64,000 nt of DNA from positions 28,170 through 92,169 of the forward strand of contig JAPYWL010000002.1 in NCBI GenBank assembly GCA_028276365.1, read 5' to 3'. The notes under the pieces were generated by a model. It was not told the origin of the DNA. It worked only from the letters and a program-made list of their open reading frames with translations, and did not search any database. Of the stretch, positions 39,910 through 50,410 are shown piece by piece; position 1 is the first letter of the stretch; each line of letters starts with the position of its first letter. The position numbers were made by a program, and so were the translations under genes. The DNA comes from Deltaproteobacteria bacterium (GTDB lineage Bacteria; DRYD01).

Positions 39910-41466
39910 TTAAAAATCCTGTGCTAAATATTTATCTACTTTTTGTTTTTTAGAAGATTTTAAAGCTTTATTTTTTTGAATTAGCTCCTTATTAACTATA
40001 TAAGTTATTTCAGATTGAGTAGGTTCAATCCTTTTTATAGTTTCCATTAATATTCCATTTTCTTTTAATTTTTCAATTATTTTATCTAAATCTTTACACC
40101 AACTATTAGCTACTTCATAATCCTTGTTTTTTTCATATTCTGTTAAATTTTGAATATCTTTTTGATCCTCAAAAACTTTAACTAATCTAAGAAAAAGCTT
40201 ACCATCCTCTAATTTAGCCTGTATTTTATAATTATCTCCATAAATAGTATCTATATAAATAATTTCCCCCTTATAGAAATTCTCAATTAATTCCTGATCA
40301 ACAACTTGATATCCAATATCTTCTAAAATTTCATTTAATTTAAATTTAAATGTATCCTTAATATATTCCATCTCTATATTCTTTTCTATTAGTGATAAAG
40401 TATCTAAAAATTCTTGCTCTATATTTAACATCTCTTCCTTTAAAATATATTTTTGATTTAAAACATCATTTAATTTATTTTTCAATTTCACAAAAATAGG
40501 TTCATAATAAGGATAATATTTACTAAAATTAATATCAGATTTATAATTTTTATCTAAACTATCTAACATTTCCAAATATCCATTTAATTTTTCTTTATAT
40601 CCCTTAGTATAAAAAGCCTTATTTAATAAATCATAATACTCTAAGGAAACTTGCTCCTTTATTAACTTTAAATTATTAATATCTTGAATATTATATAAAT
40701 TTTCAATATTTGTTTTTATGTTATAATTTTGATCAATTCTCTTAATATTATTAACAAATTCATTAATTTTTTCAATTAATTGCTCTTTTTGAAATTTATT
40801 AACTAAGTTTTCCTTATTTACTACTTCAATCTTAGAAACAGATTGCTTTAAAGCTAACTCCTTTTGCTTAATATTAAATTCTAACTCTATTTTTTCTATA
40901 TCCTCTAAAATCTGTTTTAATTCCTGCAAATTAGAAGAATTAAAATCTCGATTTAAAATATGATTTATATCTACATCTTTATAATTCCTAATTTTAGCTA
41001 TTTTTTCATTTATCTTATTTAAAATATTATTATATTGTTCTAAATAAATCTGATTTTGAGATTTTAAATCATTAAAAATATTAACAATATTTTTAATTGA
41101 GTTTTGTAATTTTTGAGCTTGCTCTAATTCATATAAATCAGATAAAACACCAGAATTAAGCAAATTATTGATTTCATTTAATAATCTTTGCTTTTGACTT
41201 CCTAATTCACTAACAGTATTTAAATTAGAAACTATTTCTCTTAATTGTATTAACTGATTTCTTATAACATTTCTTACGTTTTTAACATATTCCTCTATAT
41301 TCGTATTAGATTTAGAAAACAACTCTTGAACAATATCTTTTTCACTTTTGTTAGTAGAAATATTATAAATAGTAGTAGCTGCACCTGTAGAAGCAGCTAT
41401 TAAAGCAGCACCTGAAGCTAATATACCACCTAATAAAAATAATGCTCCTATTGATACTACACTCAT
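39910..41466 (-). CDS. hypothetical membrane-anchored long coiled-coil protein
   Basis: N-terminal TM (GALFLLGGILASGAALIAAS) then ~480 aa of heptad-like K/E/N/L-rich sequence. Confidence 0.5.
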   Translation of the reverse strand: MSVVSIGALFLLGGILASGAALIAASTGAATTIYNISTNKSEKDIVQELFSKSNTNIEEYVKNVRNVIRNQLIQLREIVSNLNTVSELGSQKQRLLNEINNLLNSGVLSDLYELEQAQKLQNSIKNIVNIFNDLKSQNQIYLEQYNNILNKINEKIAKIRNYKDVDINHILNRDFNSSNLQELKQILEDIEKIELEFNIKQKELALKQSVSKIEVVNKENLVNKFQKEQLIEKINEFVNNIKRIDQNYNIKTNIENLYNIQDINNLKLIKEQVSLEYYDLLNKAFYTKGYKEKLNGYLEMLDSLDKNYKSDINFSKYYPYYEPIFVKLKNKLNDVLNQKYILKEEMLNIEQEFLDTLSLIEKNIEMEYIKDTFKFKLNEILEDIGYQVVDQELIENFYKGEIIYIDTIYGDNYKIQAKLEDGKLFLRLVKVFEDQKDIQNLTEYEKNKDYEVANSWCKDLDKIIEKLKENGILMETIKRIEPTQSEITYIVNKELIQKNKALKSSKKQKVDKYLAQDF

Positions 41467-41473
41467 ATAGAAA

Positions 41474-42808
41474 TTAATAAATATATAAATATTTTTCTAA
41501 TTCCCATTCAGTAACATAAGTAGAATAATCTTTCCACTCTTGTTCCTTAGCCTCTAAGAAATTATAATAAATATGTTCTCCTAAAGTTTCTTTAATTAAA
41601 GGATCTTGTTTCATATATTCTAGAGCTTGATATAAATTAGCAGGTAAATTATCTATACCATATTTTTGTTTAGTATCTTCATCTAATTCATAAACATTAC
41701 CCTCAAAAGGCTTAGGAGGATTAATTTTATTAATAATGCCATCTAATCCACTATTAATAATAACTGAAAAAGCTAAATAAGGATTACAAGAGGGATCAGG
41801 ACTCCTTAATTCAATTCTAGTAGAATTTCCTCGCTTAGCAGGTACCCTAATTAAAGGACTTCTATTATGCTCACCCCAAGAAATATAAACCGGAGCTTCA
41901 TAACCAGGAACTAATCTCTTATATGAATTAACTAGCGGATTAGTTATTGCACTAAAAGATTTAACATGTTTGAATATCCCACCTAAATAATTTAATAAAA
42001 CCTCACTTAATCCATTAGGAGCATCTTTGTCATAAAAAGCATTAACCTCACCTTTAAACAAAGATTGATGCATATGCATACCAGATCCATTTATACCTCT
42101 TACAGGTTTAGGCATAAAAGTAGCATGTAAATTATGTTTTAGTGCTATAGTCTTTACTATTATTTTAAATAATAATAATCTATCAGCAGTTTTTAAAGCA
42201 TCAGAATATTTAAAATCTATTTCATGTTGAGAAGGAGCAACTTCATGATGTAAGGCTTCCACTTCAAAGCCAAATTCCTCTAACTTAGTTAAAATATCGC
42301 GTTTAACTTCTTCAGCAGCATCTAAGGAAAGCATATCAAAATATCCACCCTTATCAGTATAACTTATATATGGCTTATATAAATACTCATTATCATAAGT
42401 TTCAATAGGAAATAAGAAGAACTCAGCTTCAACACCTACCATCGGAATATATCCCATCTTATTACATTTTTCCATAATTAATTGTAATCTATATCTTGGA
42501 TCTCCCTCAAATCTATTACCATTAGGATAATAAACATCACAAATAACAAAAGCTTCATTATATCCCTTTAAATCAGCTACAATAAAAGTAGATAAATCAG
42601 GGACTAATTTCATATCAGACTCTTCAATCCTAACAAACCCTTTAATAGAAGAACCATCAAATAAAATCTCTCCATTTAACATCTTCTTTACCTGACTAAC
42701 AGGAATTTGAACACTCTTAGGAACCCCCAAAATATCAGTAAACATCATCCTTATGCTCTTTACTTTCTTTTCATTTAAAATAGATATAATATCTTGAGTT
42801 TGTAACAT
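41474..42808 (-). CDS. glnA: glutamine synthetase type I (alpha-type, 444 aa)
   Basis: ...GSSIKGF..., NGSGMHMHQS, ...SWGEHNRSPLIRVP... motifs. Confidence 0.9.
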   Translation of the reverse strand: MLQTQDIISILNEKKVKSIRMMFTDILGVPKSVQIPVSQVKKMLNGEILFDGSSIKGFVRIEESDMKLVPDLSTFIVADLKGYNEAFVICDVYYPNGNRFEGDPRYRLQLIMEKCNKMGYIPMVGVEAEFFLFPIETYDNEYLYKPYISYTDKGGYFDMLSLDAAEEVKRDILTKLEEFGFEVEALHHEVAPSQHEIDFKYSDALKTADRLLLFKIIVKTIALKHNLHATFMPKPVRGINGSGMHMHQSLFKGEVNAFYDKDAPNGLSEVLLNYLGGIFKHVKSFSAITNPLVNSYKRLVPGYEAPVYISWGEHNRSPLIRVPAKRGNSTRIELRSPDPSCNPYLAFSVIINSGLDGIINKINPPKPFEGNVYELDEDTKQKYGIDNLPANLYQALEYMKQDPLIKETLGEHIYYNFLEAKEQEWKDYSTYVTEWELEKYLYIY

Positions 42809-42850
42809 TACAATATACCCCCTTCTTTATAATTATTAATTAAAAATTTT

Positions 42851-43561
42851 CTACTTAATTAAGAATCCTTCTTCAGAGGTTTGTAGATCTTTTTGAATAA
42901 GCTTATCTAATATAACACTAACTTTAACATTAGATATAAACTCTTGATTATTATTAGTTAATTTAGCTTTAACTTCAGTTTCAACATCAGATTTAAGTAA
43001 AGCTCCATAATCCACAGAAAATAACGTATTACCTTTAGATACTAAAGATTGATAAACTTCATTTTCATTATTTTCCCATTTATCACTAGATACTTCAATA
43101 AGAATAGCATCTAAATTCTTAACCTTTTCAAATCCTTTAGCAGTATAATAATAATTTAATTCAATAGGGGAACCTTCAGCTAATCTTAAAGTAGTTTTAG
43201 AAATCCAAGTTTCCCCTATTTCAATTGGTTTATCAGGAAAAGAAGGACTACTAACAGGACTATCCATTGTACTACTTATAACTTTTCCTTTCTTATCCAT
43301 AACCATTTTCATAGTTTGAGTAGGAATAGCTATTTCTTGAGGAGCATTATTCCTTAAAAAAGAAACTGGATCTATCTCTATCTCTAATTCAAATTCCCCA
43401 TTAGGTAAAACTTTACTGACTTTTTGAGTTAGTTTCATTTTTATTTCATCAATCTCTTTTTCCTCATTATTACTATCTCTAAAGATCTTTATGTTATTAA
43501 CAATAACATCATACAAATAAACCTGTCCCTCTTTCATCTTATATTCTAAATTAATAGCCAT
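42851..43561 (-). CDS. hypothetical protein, paralog of 38037..38750
   Basis: See 38037..38750. Confidence 0.5.
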   Translation of the reverse strand: MAINLEYKMKEGQVYLYDVIVNNIKIFRDSNNEEKEIDEIKMKLTQKVSKVLPNGEFELEIEIDPVSFLRNNAPQEIAIPTQTMKMVMDKKGKVISSTMDSPVSSPSFPDKPIEIGETWISKTTLRLAEGSPIELNYYYTAKGFEKVKNLDAILIEVSSDKWENNENEVYQSLVSKGNTLFSVDYGALLKSDVETEVKAKLTNNNQEFISNVKVSVILDKLIQKDLQTSEEGFLIK

Positions 43562-43588
43562 AATTATTTACCCCCTTTTTTAATTAAT

Positions 43589-44092
43589 TTACTTTATTTT
43601 TATATTAACTTTCTTAAGCTCAGCTTTAACATTATCAGAAGCTTCTACTTTTTTAACTCCAACTTTGTTAGCTTCTAAATTTAACTCTATATTTTTCTTA
43701 CTATTAGCAATAAAATTTAATATTTTCTTTAATTCTTCTTCAAAATTAGTTATAATCTTATAGACATATTTTTCAGCTTCATCTATCATATTTTGTGCTT
43801 CCTCATTTGCCTGAGCCTTTATTTTATTAGCATATTCATAAGCCTGCATAACTATCTCATTATTATTCAATATATCATTAGTTAATACTTCTAACTTTTT
43901 CTCTTTTTCTTCTAATTCTCTTCTTAATCTATTAACCTCATCAATAGATACAAAATTTTTATCTATAGCAGTTCTTAATTTAGTTATCAAAGATAAAGTT
44001 TCCTTAGTATTAACAACAGAAGAGCCAAAAATTTTTTTTGAACTTCTTATCATTTTTTCCAATTTGTCAAGCAACAATCTAATTTCCTCCAT
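43589..44092 (-). CDS. hypothetical coiled-coil protein
   Basis: 167 aa, heptad-rich (…ELEEKEKKLEVL…IKAQANEEAQNMIDEAEKY…). Confidence 0.45.
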   Translation of the reverse strand: MEEIRLLLDKLEKMIRSSKKIFGSSVVNTKETLSLITKLRTAIDKNFVSIDEVNRLRRELEEKEKKLEVLTNDILNNNEIVMQAYEYANKIKAQANEEAQNMIDEAEKYVYKIITNFEEELKKILNFIANSKKNIELNLEANKVGVKKVEASDNVKAELKKVNIKIK

Positions 44093-44115
44093 ATAATCCC
44101 CCCTTATTCAAAAAA

Positions 44116-44766
44116 TTATAAATAAGCAAAAATATTTTTAACAAAATTAAAATTATCAAATTGAATAATACTAAAATTATCCCAAAATACACAAGTCCCA
44201 AAAGCTATTATCTTACCATTATTACTATTAAAAGCCCCCTTAATCAAAGGAACCTGATTTTCAGCTAAAAGTAAATCTACATAGTTAATATCTTCTTTAT
44301 AATTATTAACAACACTAACAGAAGAACTACAAGGAAATAATATCTTATTAACATTTCTTTTTAATAAATCACTTACTTTAGAAGTAATTAATAAATATTT
44401 ATCATTTTCTACGTTATTTACCTCATCAGTAACTTCATCATAATTTATATTTAGCCCTACTTGATTTAAAACTTTATTACATATTTTAGAACTATTATCC
44501 TCATTATTATAATAAGACAAAAATAAAATAGTTTTACCTTTATAAAATAATTCTAAAATCCTTTGAACCTCAAAATCGCTAAACTCAATCTCAGGATAAT
44601 TAAATACTAAAATATCTACATCATTATTAAATATATCTCCAAAAGAAGTAGGTATATACAATTTATATTCCTTTAATAAAAAAGAATACAATTTAGAGAA
44701 ATAATAATGATCAAAAACAACAAATTCGCCTTTAGAATAAGACCAAACTACATTCTTTAATTTCAT
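44116..44766 (-). CDS. hypothetical protein
   Basis: 216 aa, no confident motif. Confidence 0.45.
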   Translation of the reverse strand: MKLKNVVWSYSKGEFVVFDHYYFSKLYSFLLKEYKLYIPTSFGDIFNNDVDILVFNYPEIEFSDFEVQRILELFYKGKTILFLSYYNNEDNSSKICNKVLNQVGLNINYDEVTDEVNNVENDKYLLITSKVSDLLKRNVNKILFPCSSSVSVVNNYKEDINYVDLLLAENQVPLIKGAFNSNNGKIIAFGTCVFWDNFSIIQFDNFNFVKNIFAYL

Positions 44767-44803
44767 ACTAAATACCCCTTATATTCCTATTTTTTTTACA
44801 TTT

Positions 44804-45403
44804 TTATTTTAACTCTTGAAAAGAATTATTAACCTTTGTTATAATTTTTATTTTATTTTTTTTAATTAAGTATTTTAGGATTTTTTTTTCAATAATCCTA
44901 ATAAATTTAGTAGTAATCAATTCAACTTTAGCTAATGGTTTAACAAGAATGGTAGTTAATCCCAATCTATTACCTGCTAAAATATCAGTAAAAATTTGAT
45001 CCCCAATAATGACAGTATTTTCAGGCTTTGAATTTAACATTTTTAAAGCTTTAACTATAGCCTTCGTAGAAGGTTTTATAGCATTTGAAATAAATGGAAA
45101 ACCTAATTCCTTACCTATTCTCTTAACCCTTATGGATAACCCATTAGATATAATACATACCTTAAAATTATTCACTTTTATATTATTTAACCAATTATAT
45201 ATTTCAGGATCTATATAATTATTATACCAAGGTACCAAAGTATTATCTAAATCTAATAAAATAGTATCAATATTCTTTTGTTTTAATTTATTCAAATCTA
45301 TATCACTTATCTTATCAAAATAATACTTAGGAGAAAGATAATTAATTATATTTTTAAATAATCTCTTTACCTTAGGTTTAATAAGTTTTATAAAATTAGC
45401 CAT
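44804..45403 (-). CDS. HAD-superfamily phosphatase, YqeG-like
   Basis: LLDLDNTLV (motif I), ...IISNG..., ...IIGDQIFTDILAGNRLG (motif IV). Confidence 0.7.
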   Translation of the reverse strand: MANFIKLIKPKVKRLFKNIINYLSPKYYFDKISDIDLNKLKQKNIDTILLDLDNTLVPWYNNYIDPEIYNWLNNIKVNNFKVCIISNGLSIRVKRIGKELGFPFISNAIKPSTKAIVKALKMLNSKPENTVIIGDQIFTDILAGNRLGLTTILVKPLAKVELITTKFIRIIEKKILKYLIKKNKIKIITKVNNSFQELK

Positions 45404-45426
45404 ATATATATTAATTCTCGATAATT

Positions 45427-46302
45427 TTAATTTTTCTCCTTTTTCTTTCCCTTAAAATCTATTTCAACCTTAACTTGGGGAACAATTACCATTGTATTAT
45501 TTATCCAATAAATATTAAAACTCTTCTTTTCACCTGGTTTAAGAGAAGGGTATTTAAAAGTTTCTTCATAAAGATTTTGACCATCTGGAGAAACAACTCT
45601 AACCTTAACTACTATATCTTTTATTATTTCTTTATAGTTATTTACTATAGCAGCTTGATACCTTAATTCCCCCCTATTATTCCTATCATCATATTGTTTA
45701 TTTTCATCAACTAATTTAATAGCATCCTCAGGAATCTCTTCAGCTTTTTCACCTACTTGAATATTCTTCTTTTTATTATATATCTCGTCTTTAACATTAT
45801 AAATATTATCTTTGTTATAAATTACTTCCTTTGTATAATTTTCCTGATAAACTTGCTCAACTTTCTTAGGGTCATAATAATCAATAATTCCCGTTTCCTT
45901 ATTGTAATCAACTTTAGAATTAGTTAAATATGCCAATTCAAATAAATCTACATAAATAACATTATCCCTTAATAAAACATATTTTAAAGGAGTCGTATTA
46001 TAATAAACTAAAGACTTAAAATTAGAAGGAGGTATTATATTAGATTTACTTAATACATAATAATTCCCAACCTTATAGTACTTTAGATTAGTTAATTTTA
46101 TAAAATCTTCCAATTTAACATAAATCCTATTACCTTCTAAAAAATAATTACCCTTATAAGGCTTATTATGAATATATATATATACTTCACTATTAGCTAT
46201 AACAATATTCTTATAAAAATAAAAAGTACTTAAAAAAAATAAAACTAAAATAGCAACAAAAAAAATAACACTTAAAATTTTATTTCCCATTTTATTAAAC
46301 AT
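45427..46302 (-). CDS. hypothetical membrane-anchored protein
   Basis: N-terminal TM ILSVIFFVAILVLFFLSTFYF; 291 aa. Confidence 0.45.
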   Translation of the reverse strand: MFNKMGNKILSVIFFVAILVLFFLSTFYFYKNIVIANSEVYIYIHNKPYKGNYFLEGNRIYVKLEDFIKLTNLKYYKVGNYYVLSKSNIIPPSNFKSLVYYNTTPLKYVLLRDNVIYVDLFELAYLTNSKVDYNKETGIIDYYDPKKVEQVYQENYTKEVIYNKDNIYNVKDEIYNKKKNIQVGEKAEEIPEDAIKLVDENKQYDDRNNRGELRYQAAIVNNYKEIIKDIVVKVRVVSPDGQNLYEETFKYPSLKPGEKKSFNIYWINNTMVIVPQVKVEIDFKGKKKEKN

Positions 46303-46316
46303 TTCTCTTCTCCTCC

Positions 46317-46919
46317 TTAAATATTCACTTTTATTTTATTTATTAGTTTATCAAAAAGAATAGCATTATAAACAGTATCCTTTATATTTTCACCTCTTAA
46401 AATCTCAATAACTTTAAAAGCTAATAAAAAAGTAGTAGCAGGCCCCTGGGAAGTTATCACATTACCATCCTGAAATACTAATTCATTTATATAATTTTCA
46501 TACTGATCCTTTAAAGTAGGATAAGAAGTTAATTTAAGATCTTTAGTATTTAGAGATTCTTTTAAGACTAAAGGTCCAGCACATATAGCCGATACATACT
46601 TCTTAGAATTATAAAAATATCTTATTATCTCTTTAACTTTTGAGTTAGATTTTAAATTTTCAACTCCCACTGATCCCCCTGGTATATACACTAAATCATA
46701 AATCTCATAATCCTTTATATCATTTATATTTTTATCTGCTAATAATTTAATATTTCTTGAACATTGGATTAAATTATCGTTATCTTTAATAGAAACAATA
46801 TCTACATTAATACCTGCCCTTCTTAATAAATCAACAAAAATAACAATTTCCATCTCTTCACTACCATCAGCAACTAAAACTAAAACATTTTTTTTATCTA
46901 TACTCTTAAAATCTGTCAT
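46317..46919 (-). CDS. DJ-1/PfpI family protein
   Basis: VLVLVADGSEEMEIV...SAICAGPLVL nucleophile-elbow Cys. Confidence 0.75.
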   Translation of the reverse strand: MTDFKSIDKKNVLVLVADGSEEMEIVIFVDLLRRAGINVDIVSIKDNDNLIQCSRNIKLLADKNINDIKDYEIYDLVYIPGGSVGVENLKSNSKVKEIIRYFYNSKKYVSAICAGPLVLKESLNTKDLKLTSYPTLKDQYENYINELVFQDGNVITSQGPATTFLLAFKVIEILRGENIKDTVYNAILFDKLINKIKVNI

Positions 46920-46984
46920 ATATCCTCCTTCTGTTCTTTTTTTTTATTCTATAATTTTAATAAAATATCCTCTTTATAATTTTT

Positions 46985-47944
46985 TTAAACTAAATCTTCT
47001 AAGGAATAAGTTTCAACATTAAGATTTTTAAATCCCTTTTGAATTAGATTAGTCAAAATTTTATTAGGTAAAAGCTCTAAAAAAATAAAATCATTATATT
47101 TTCTTACAATATTCTCAATAGTATTTATCCAATTTACAGAACTAACCATCTGATCTAACATTAAATTTTTAATAATATCATTATTACTGTGTTCCCTAGA
47201 ATCAACAGAAATAAAAACAGGTTTAACAGGATCTTTAAACTCAACTTTTAAAATTTCTTGTTTAAATAATTCATTAGCTTGATTAACTAAGGGACTATGA
47301 AAAGCTCCAGAAACTTTTAATGGTATAATCTTTATATTACTAAACTCCTTTTTTATTTCCTCCTTTAAATTTTCCACAACACCTAAATCACAAGAAACTA
47401 TTAACTGATTATAAGAATTAAAATTAGCAATAACAGAATTAAATTTACTAACAATTTCATTTAATTTATTAATAGAATCGTTATCAAAATTATAAATAAC
47501 AGCAAACATAGTACCTTCCTTAGAATAATTATACATAAAATATCCCCTTTTAACTACTAAAGAAACAGCATCATATAAACTCAAACTTTCAAAAGCAGTC
47601 AATAAAGTATATTCTCCTAAACTATGTCCCGCACCAGTTAATATATTATCAAAATTTAAATATTCCCTTAAAAAATAAAATGAACTAATACTAACACTAA
47701 ATATAGCTATCTGACTATACTTAGTTAAATCTAATTTATCCTTATTTTCTTCTTTTTCTATTAAATCCTTCAAATCTATATCAATAAAATTAGATAAATT
47801 GCTATTTACATAATCTCTTATTTTATCAAAAGTTTGTTTATAAGTACTACTAAGTTCATATAATTTTTTACCCATTCCTATATATTGACTTGCTTGCCCA
47901 GGAAACAATAAGACAACTTTCCTATTTTTTAACGTATCTAACAT
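46985..47944 (-). CDS. fabD: malonyl CoA-ACP transacylase
   Basis: LLFPGQASQYIGMG and GHSLGEYTLL active-site motif. Confidence 0.8.
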   Translation of the reverse strand: MLDTLKNRKVVLLFPGQASQYIGMGKKLYELSSTYKQTFDKIRDYVNSNLSNFIDIDLKDLIEKEENKDKLDLTKYSQIAIFSVSISSFYFLREYLNFDNILTGAGHSLGEYTLLTAFESLSLYDAVSLVVKRGYFMYNYSKEGTMFAVIYNFDNDSINKLNEIVSKFNSVIANFNSYNQLIVSCDLGVVENLKEEIKKEFSNIKIIPLKVSGAFHSPLVNQANELFKQEILKVEFKDPVKPVFISVDSREHSNNDIIKNLMLDQMVSSVNWINTIENIVRKYNDFIFLELLPNKILTNLIQKGFKNLNVETYSLEDLV

Positions 47945-47956
47945 AAAAACCTCCCT

Positions 47957-48640
47957 CTATATAGAAATTAAATTATAATTAAAGCTATACAAAATAAATG
48001 CTAATCTTCCTAATTGAGATCTAACAGTTATTATATTGCTTTTAGTATAATTAGAAATACCTAAGGAAGAAAGAAATAAAATTTCATATTCTCCTTCATA
48101 TTTAAATCCTTTTAAATAAGCCTTAGAAGCAGGTATATCAAAAGCTAAAACCGAAGCTCTTATATTAACATCTACTTCAAGTTTAATTTCCTGCTTATCT
48201 TTTATCAAGAATAAAACAGATTCCATATCATAAATAATAACATTTTTAACAGATTCTTTTAAATATAAATTAAATAAAGAATTAATATTAGCTAAAGTAT
48301 GATCTAATCTATTTCCAATAACTCCAAAACAAAAAATCCTACTAACTATAGAATCTAAATTATTTATATAATTTACAGCTAATTCTAAATCACTGAAATC
48401 CTTATCCTTAGGAAAACTAATTATTTTCTGCTTTAAAGTATCAACTAAACCTTTTTTTAATTTTCTAATTTTCTTAGAATCCAAATCTCCAATAATAAGA
48501 TCAGGTAAAATATTTAACTTAACTAATTTATTACTTCCTCCATTAACTGCAATTACTTTATCAATTTGATTCTTATTAATAAATTGATTAGAAAGTACTT
48601 TATTATTAACCTTGCCATTAGCAACTAATAAGATATTCAT
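47957..48640 (-). CDS. thiamine pyrophosphokinase
   Basis: ...IIGDLDS... and ...GVIGNRLDHTLANI... TPK motifs. Confidence 0.65.
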   Translation of the reverse strand: MNILLVANGKVNNKVLSNQFINKNQIDKVIAVNGGSNKLVKLNILPDLIIGDLDSKKIRKLKKGLVDTLKQKIISFPKDKDFSDLELAVNYINNLDSIVSRIFCFGVIGNRLDHTLANINSLFNLYLKESVKNVIIYDMESVLFLIKDKQEIKLEVDVNIRASVLAFDIPASKAYLKGFKYEGEYEILFLSSLGISNYTKSNIITVRSQLGRLAFILYSFNYNLISI

Positions 48641-48655
48641 AAATAATTACTTAAT
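48636..48655. repeat. 20-bp perfect direct repeat TTCATAAATAATTACTTAAT, copy A (second copy at 48961..48980)
   Basis: Copy A overlaps the TPK start codon; copy B overlaps the fliQ stop codon; 305 bp between them. Confidence 0.8.
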
Positions 48656-48960
48656 TTAATCCACCTAAAAAGTTATATAAGCTATCATAAATATTATCTC
48701 TAAAGTTATATCTAAATTCAAGCTCTTTTAAATAGTAGATAAAATTATCTTTACTTACACTATGAAATTTAAGCACTTTCTTTTTCTATAGCTCCAACAT
48801 CCTTTTTATATTTATATATACCTTAACCTTAGCTTTTAAGAACACCTTTTTCAGACAAGAATTCTTCATACTTTTCTTTTGATAAAGTCATTTGTAATAG
48901 TTCTAATAAATTCATGTTTTATTAGCTCCTATAATATTTTGAATATTTTAAGCAATCACC

Positions 48961-48980
48961 TTCATAAATAATTACTTAAT
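48961..48980. repeat. 20-bp perfect direct repeat, copy B
   Basis: See 48636..48655. Confidence 0.8.
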
Positions 48981-49238
48981 ATTAGAGATATATTTAAAAA
49001 CCTCAACAGCAAAAGTATAGAGCGAGCTAGCAACCCACCCTGCTGTTAAAGCAATCACAATAAAAGTAGCAACCATCTTAGGAACAAAACTTAAAGTTTG
49101 CTCTTGGATCTGAGTAACCGCTTGTAACAAACTAATAACTAAACCTACAATCATAGCAGTAAGTAATACTGGAGCACTTAAAATAACTATTAAATATAAA
49201 GCCTGAACTATAAAATTATTTATATCAAACCCACTCAT
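48972..49238 (-). CDS. fliQ: flagellar biosynthetic protein FliQ
   Basis: 88 aa, two TM helices, ...LLQAVTQIQEQTLSFVPK... conserved FliQ core. Confidence 0.85.
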   Translation of the reverse strand: MSGFDINNFIVQALYLIVILSAPVLLTAMIVGLVISLLQAVTQIQEQTLSFVPKMVATFIVIALTAGWVASSLYTFAVEVFKYISNIK

Positions 49239-49269
49239 TATTGATAATACTCATTATAAATGATACCTA

Positions 49270-50055
49270 CTATGGATAATAACTCTTAATAAGCCCTTCT
49301 GTTATTAACTTCCAACCATCTATACTAACAAAAAGCAATAACTTAAACGGTAAAGATACCGTCATAGGTGACATCATAAACATCCCCATTGCCATTAAAA
49401 CTGATCCAACTATCATATCTATTACTAAAAACGGTAAATATATTAAAAAACCAATTATAAAAGCCACCTTTAACTCAGATAATATATAAGCAGGAATAAC
49501 AACAGTTAAAGGTAAATCTTCCAATTTCTCTGGTTTCTTTATTTTTGAATAATTAATAAAAAATACTAAATCCTCTGATTTAGTATGTTTAATCATAAAT
49601 TTTTTATACTCTTTAGTTACTCGAGAAATAAATTCTTCTTGAGTTATTTTTTTATTAAGATAAGGCTGTAAAGCTTCCTCATTTATTTTAATTAGTACAG
49701 GATTAAGAATATAAAGAGTAACAAAGAAAGAAAAAGCAATAATAACCTGATTAGGTGGAGTTTGTTGAGTTCCTAAAGCACTTCTTAACATGGAAAATAC
49801 TATAACAACTCTTATATAAGGAGTCATCATTATAATAATATAAGGAGCTAAAGATAAAACAGTTATTAACCCAATCGCCTTTAAAGGAGTAGCTATTGCG
49901 TCTGCAGTTTGCTTACCGTTAATTTCAATAGAAACATTAGGTAAAGTTATCTTAGGAGTATCTGCTGCATAAACATTATATATTAAAAACAAAAATAAAA
50001 TTCCTAAAAATAAAATAAACAAATTCTTAAATATATTTTTAAAAATTTTTTTCAT
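49270..50055 (-). CDS. fliP: flagellar biosynthetic protein FliP
   Basis: ...FSMLRSALGTQQTPPNQV... FliP signature; signal peptide + 4 TM. Confidence 0.85.
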   Translation of the reverse strand: MKKIFKNIFKNLFILFLGILFLFLIYNVYAADTPKITLPNVSIEINGKQTADAIATPLKAIGLITVLSLAPYIIIMMTPYIRVVIVFSMLRSALGTQQTPPNQVIIAFSFFVTLYILNPVLIKINEEALQPYLNKKITQEEFISRVTKEYKKFMIKHTKSEDLVFFINYSKIKKPEKLEDLPLTVVIPAYILSELKVAFIIGFLIYLPFLVIDMIVGSVLMAMGMFMMSPMTVSLPFKLLLFVSIDGWKLITEGLIKSYYP

Positions 50056-50093
50056 ATCTCTTTTTCACTCCCTATTTCTAGTCCATTCTATAT

Positions 50094-50393
50094 CTATTTA
50101 TCCTTAGAATTGCTTTTTAAATTAGTTACTTCATTTTCAATTTCGCTTAAATCAAATTCTTTGATTAAGTTAATATTGTTATCAGCAACAGAAATCATAT
50201 AAACTTTTTTACTAACTTTAATAAAAACAATCCCTTTATTAGGAGCTAAATAAATTCTATCTAAAACCTGAGCAATTTTTATATTATAAGGATTCTGAAT
50301 TTTATTGAAAAATTTTACAATAAAATATCCAATCCCCCCTATAATTAGTGCATATATAATAAAAACTAATCCCAAATTAAATAAAGGATCCAT
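50094..50393 (-). CDS. fliO: flagellar protein FliO/FliZ (single-TM)
   Basis: 99 aa with one N-terminal TM; position between fliN and fliP. Confidence 0.6.
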   Translation of the reverse strand: MDPLFNLGLVFIIYALIIGGIGYFIVKFFNKIQNPYNIKIAQVLDRIYLAPNKGIVFIKVSKKVYMISVADNNINLIKEFDLSEIENEVTNLKSNSKDK

Positions 50394-50410
50394 TTTAATT
50401 TTCTCCTTAA

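Noticed and set aside
45009-45666. ORFs 45009..45218 (+) and 45475..45666 (+)
   Set aside because: Antisense to the HAD phosphatase and the downstream hypothetical gene.
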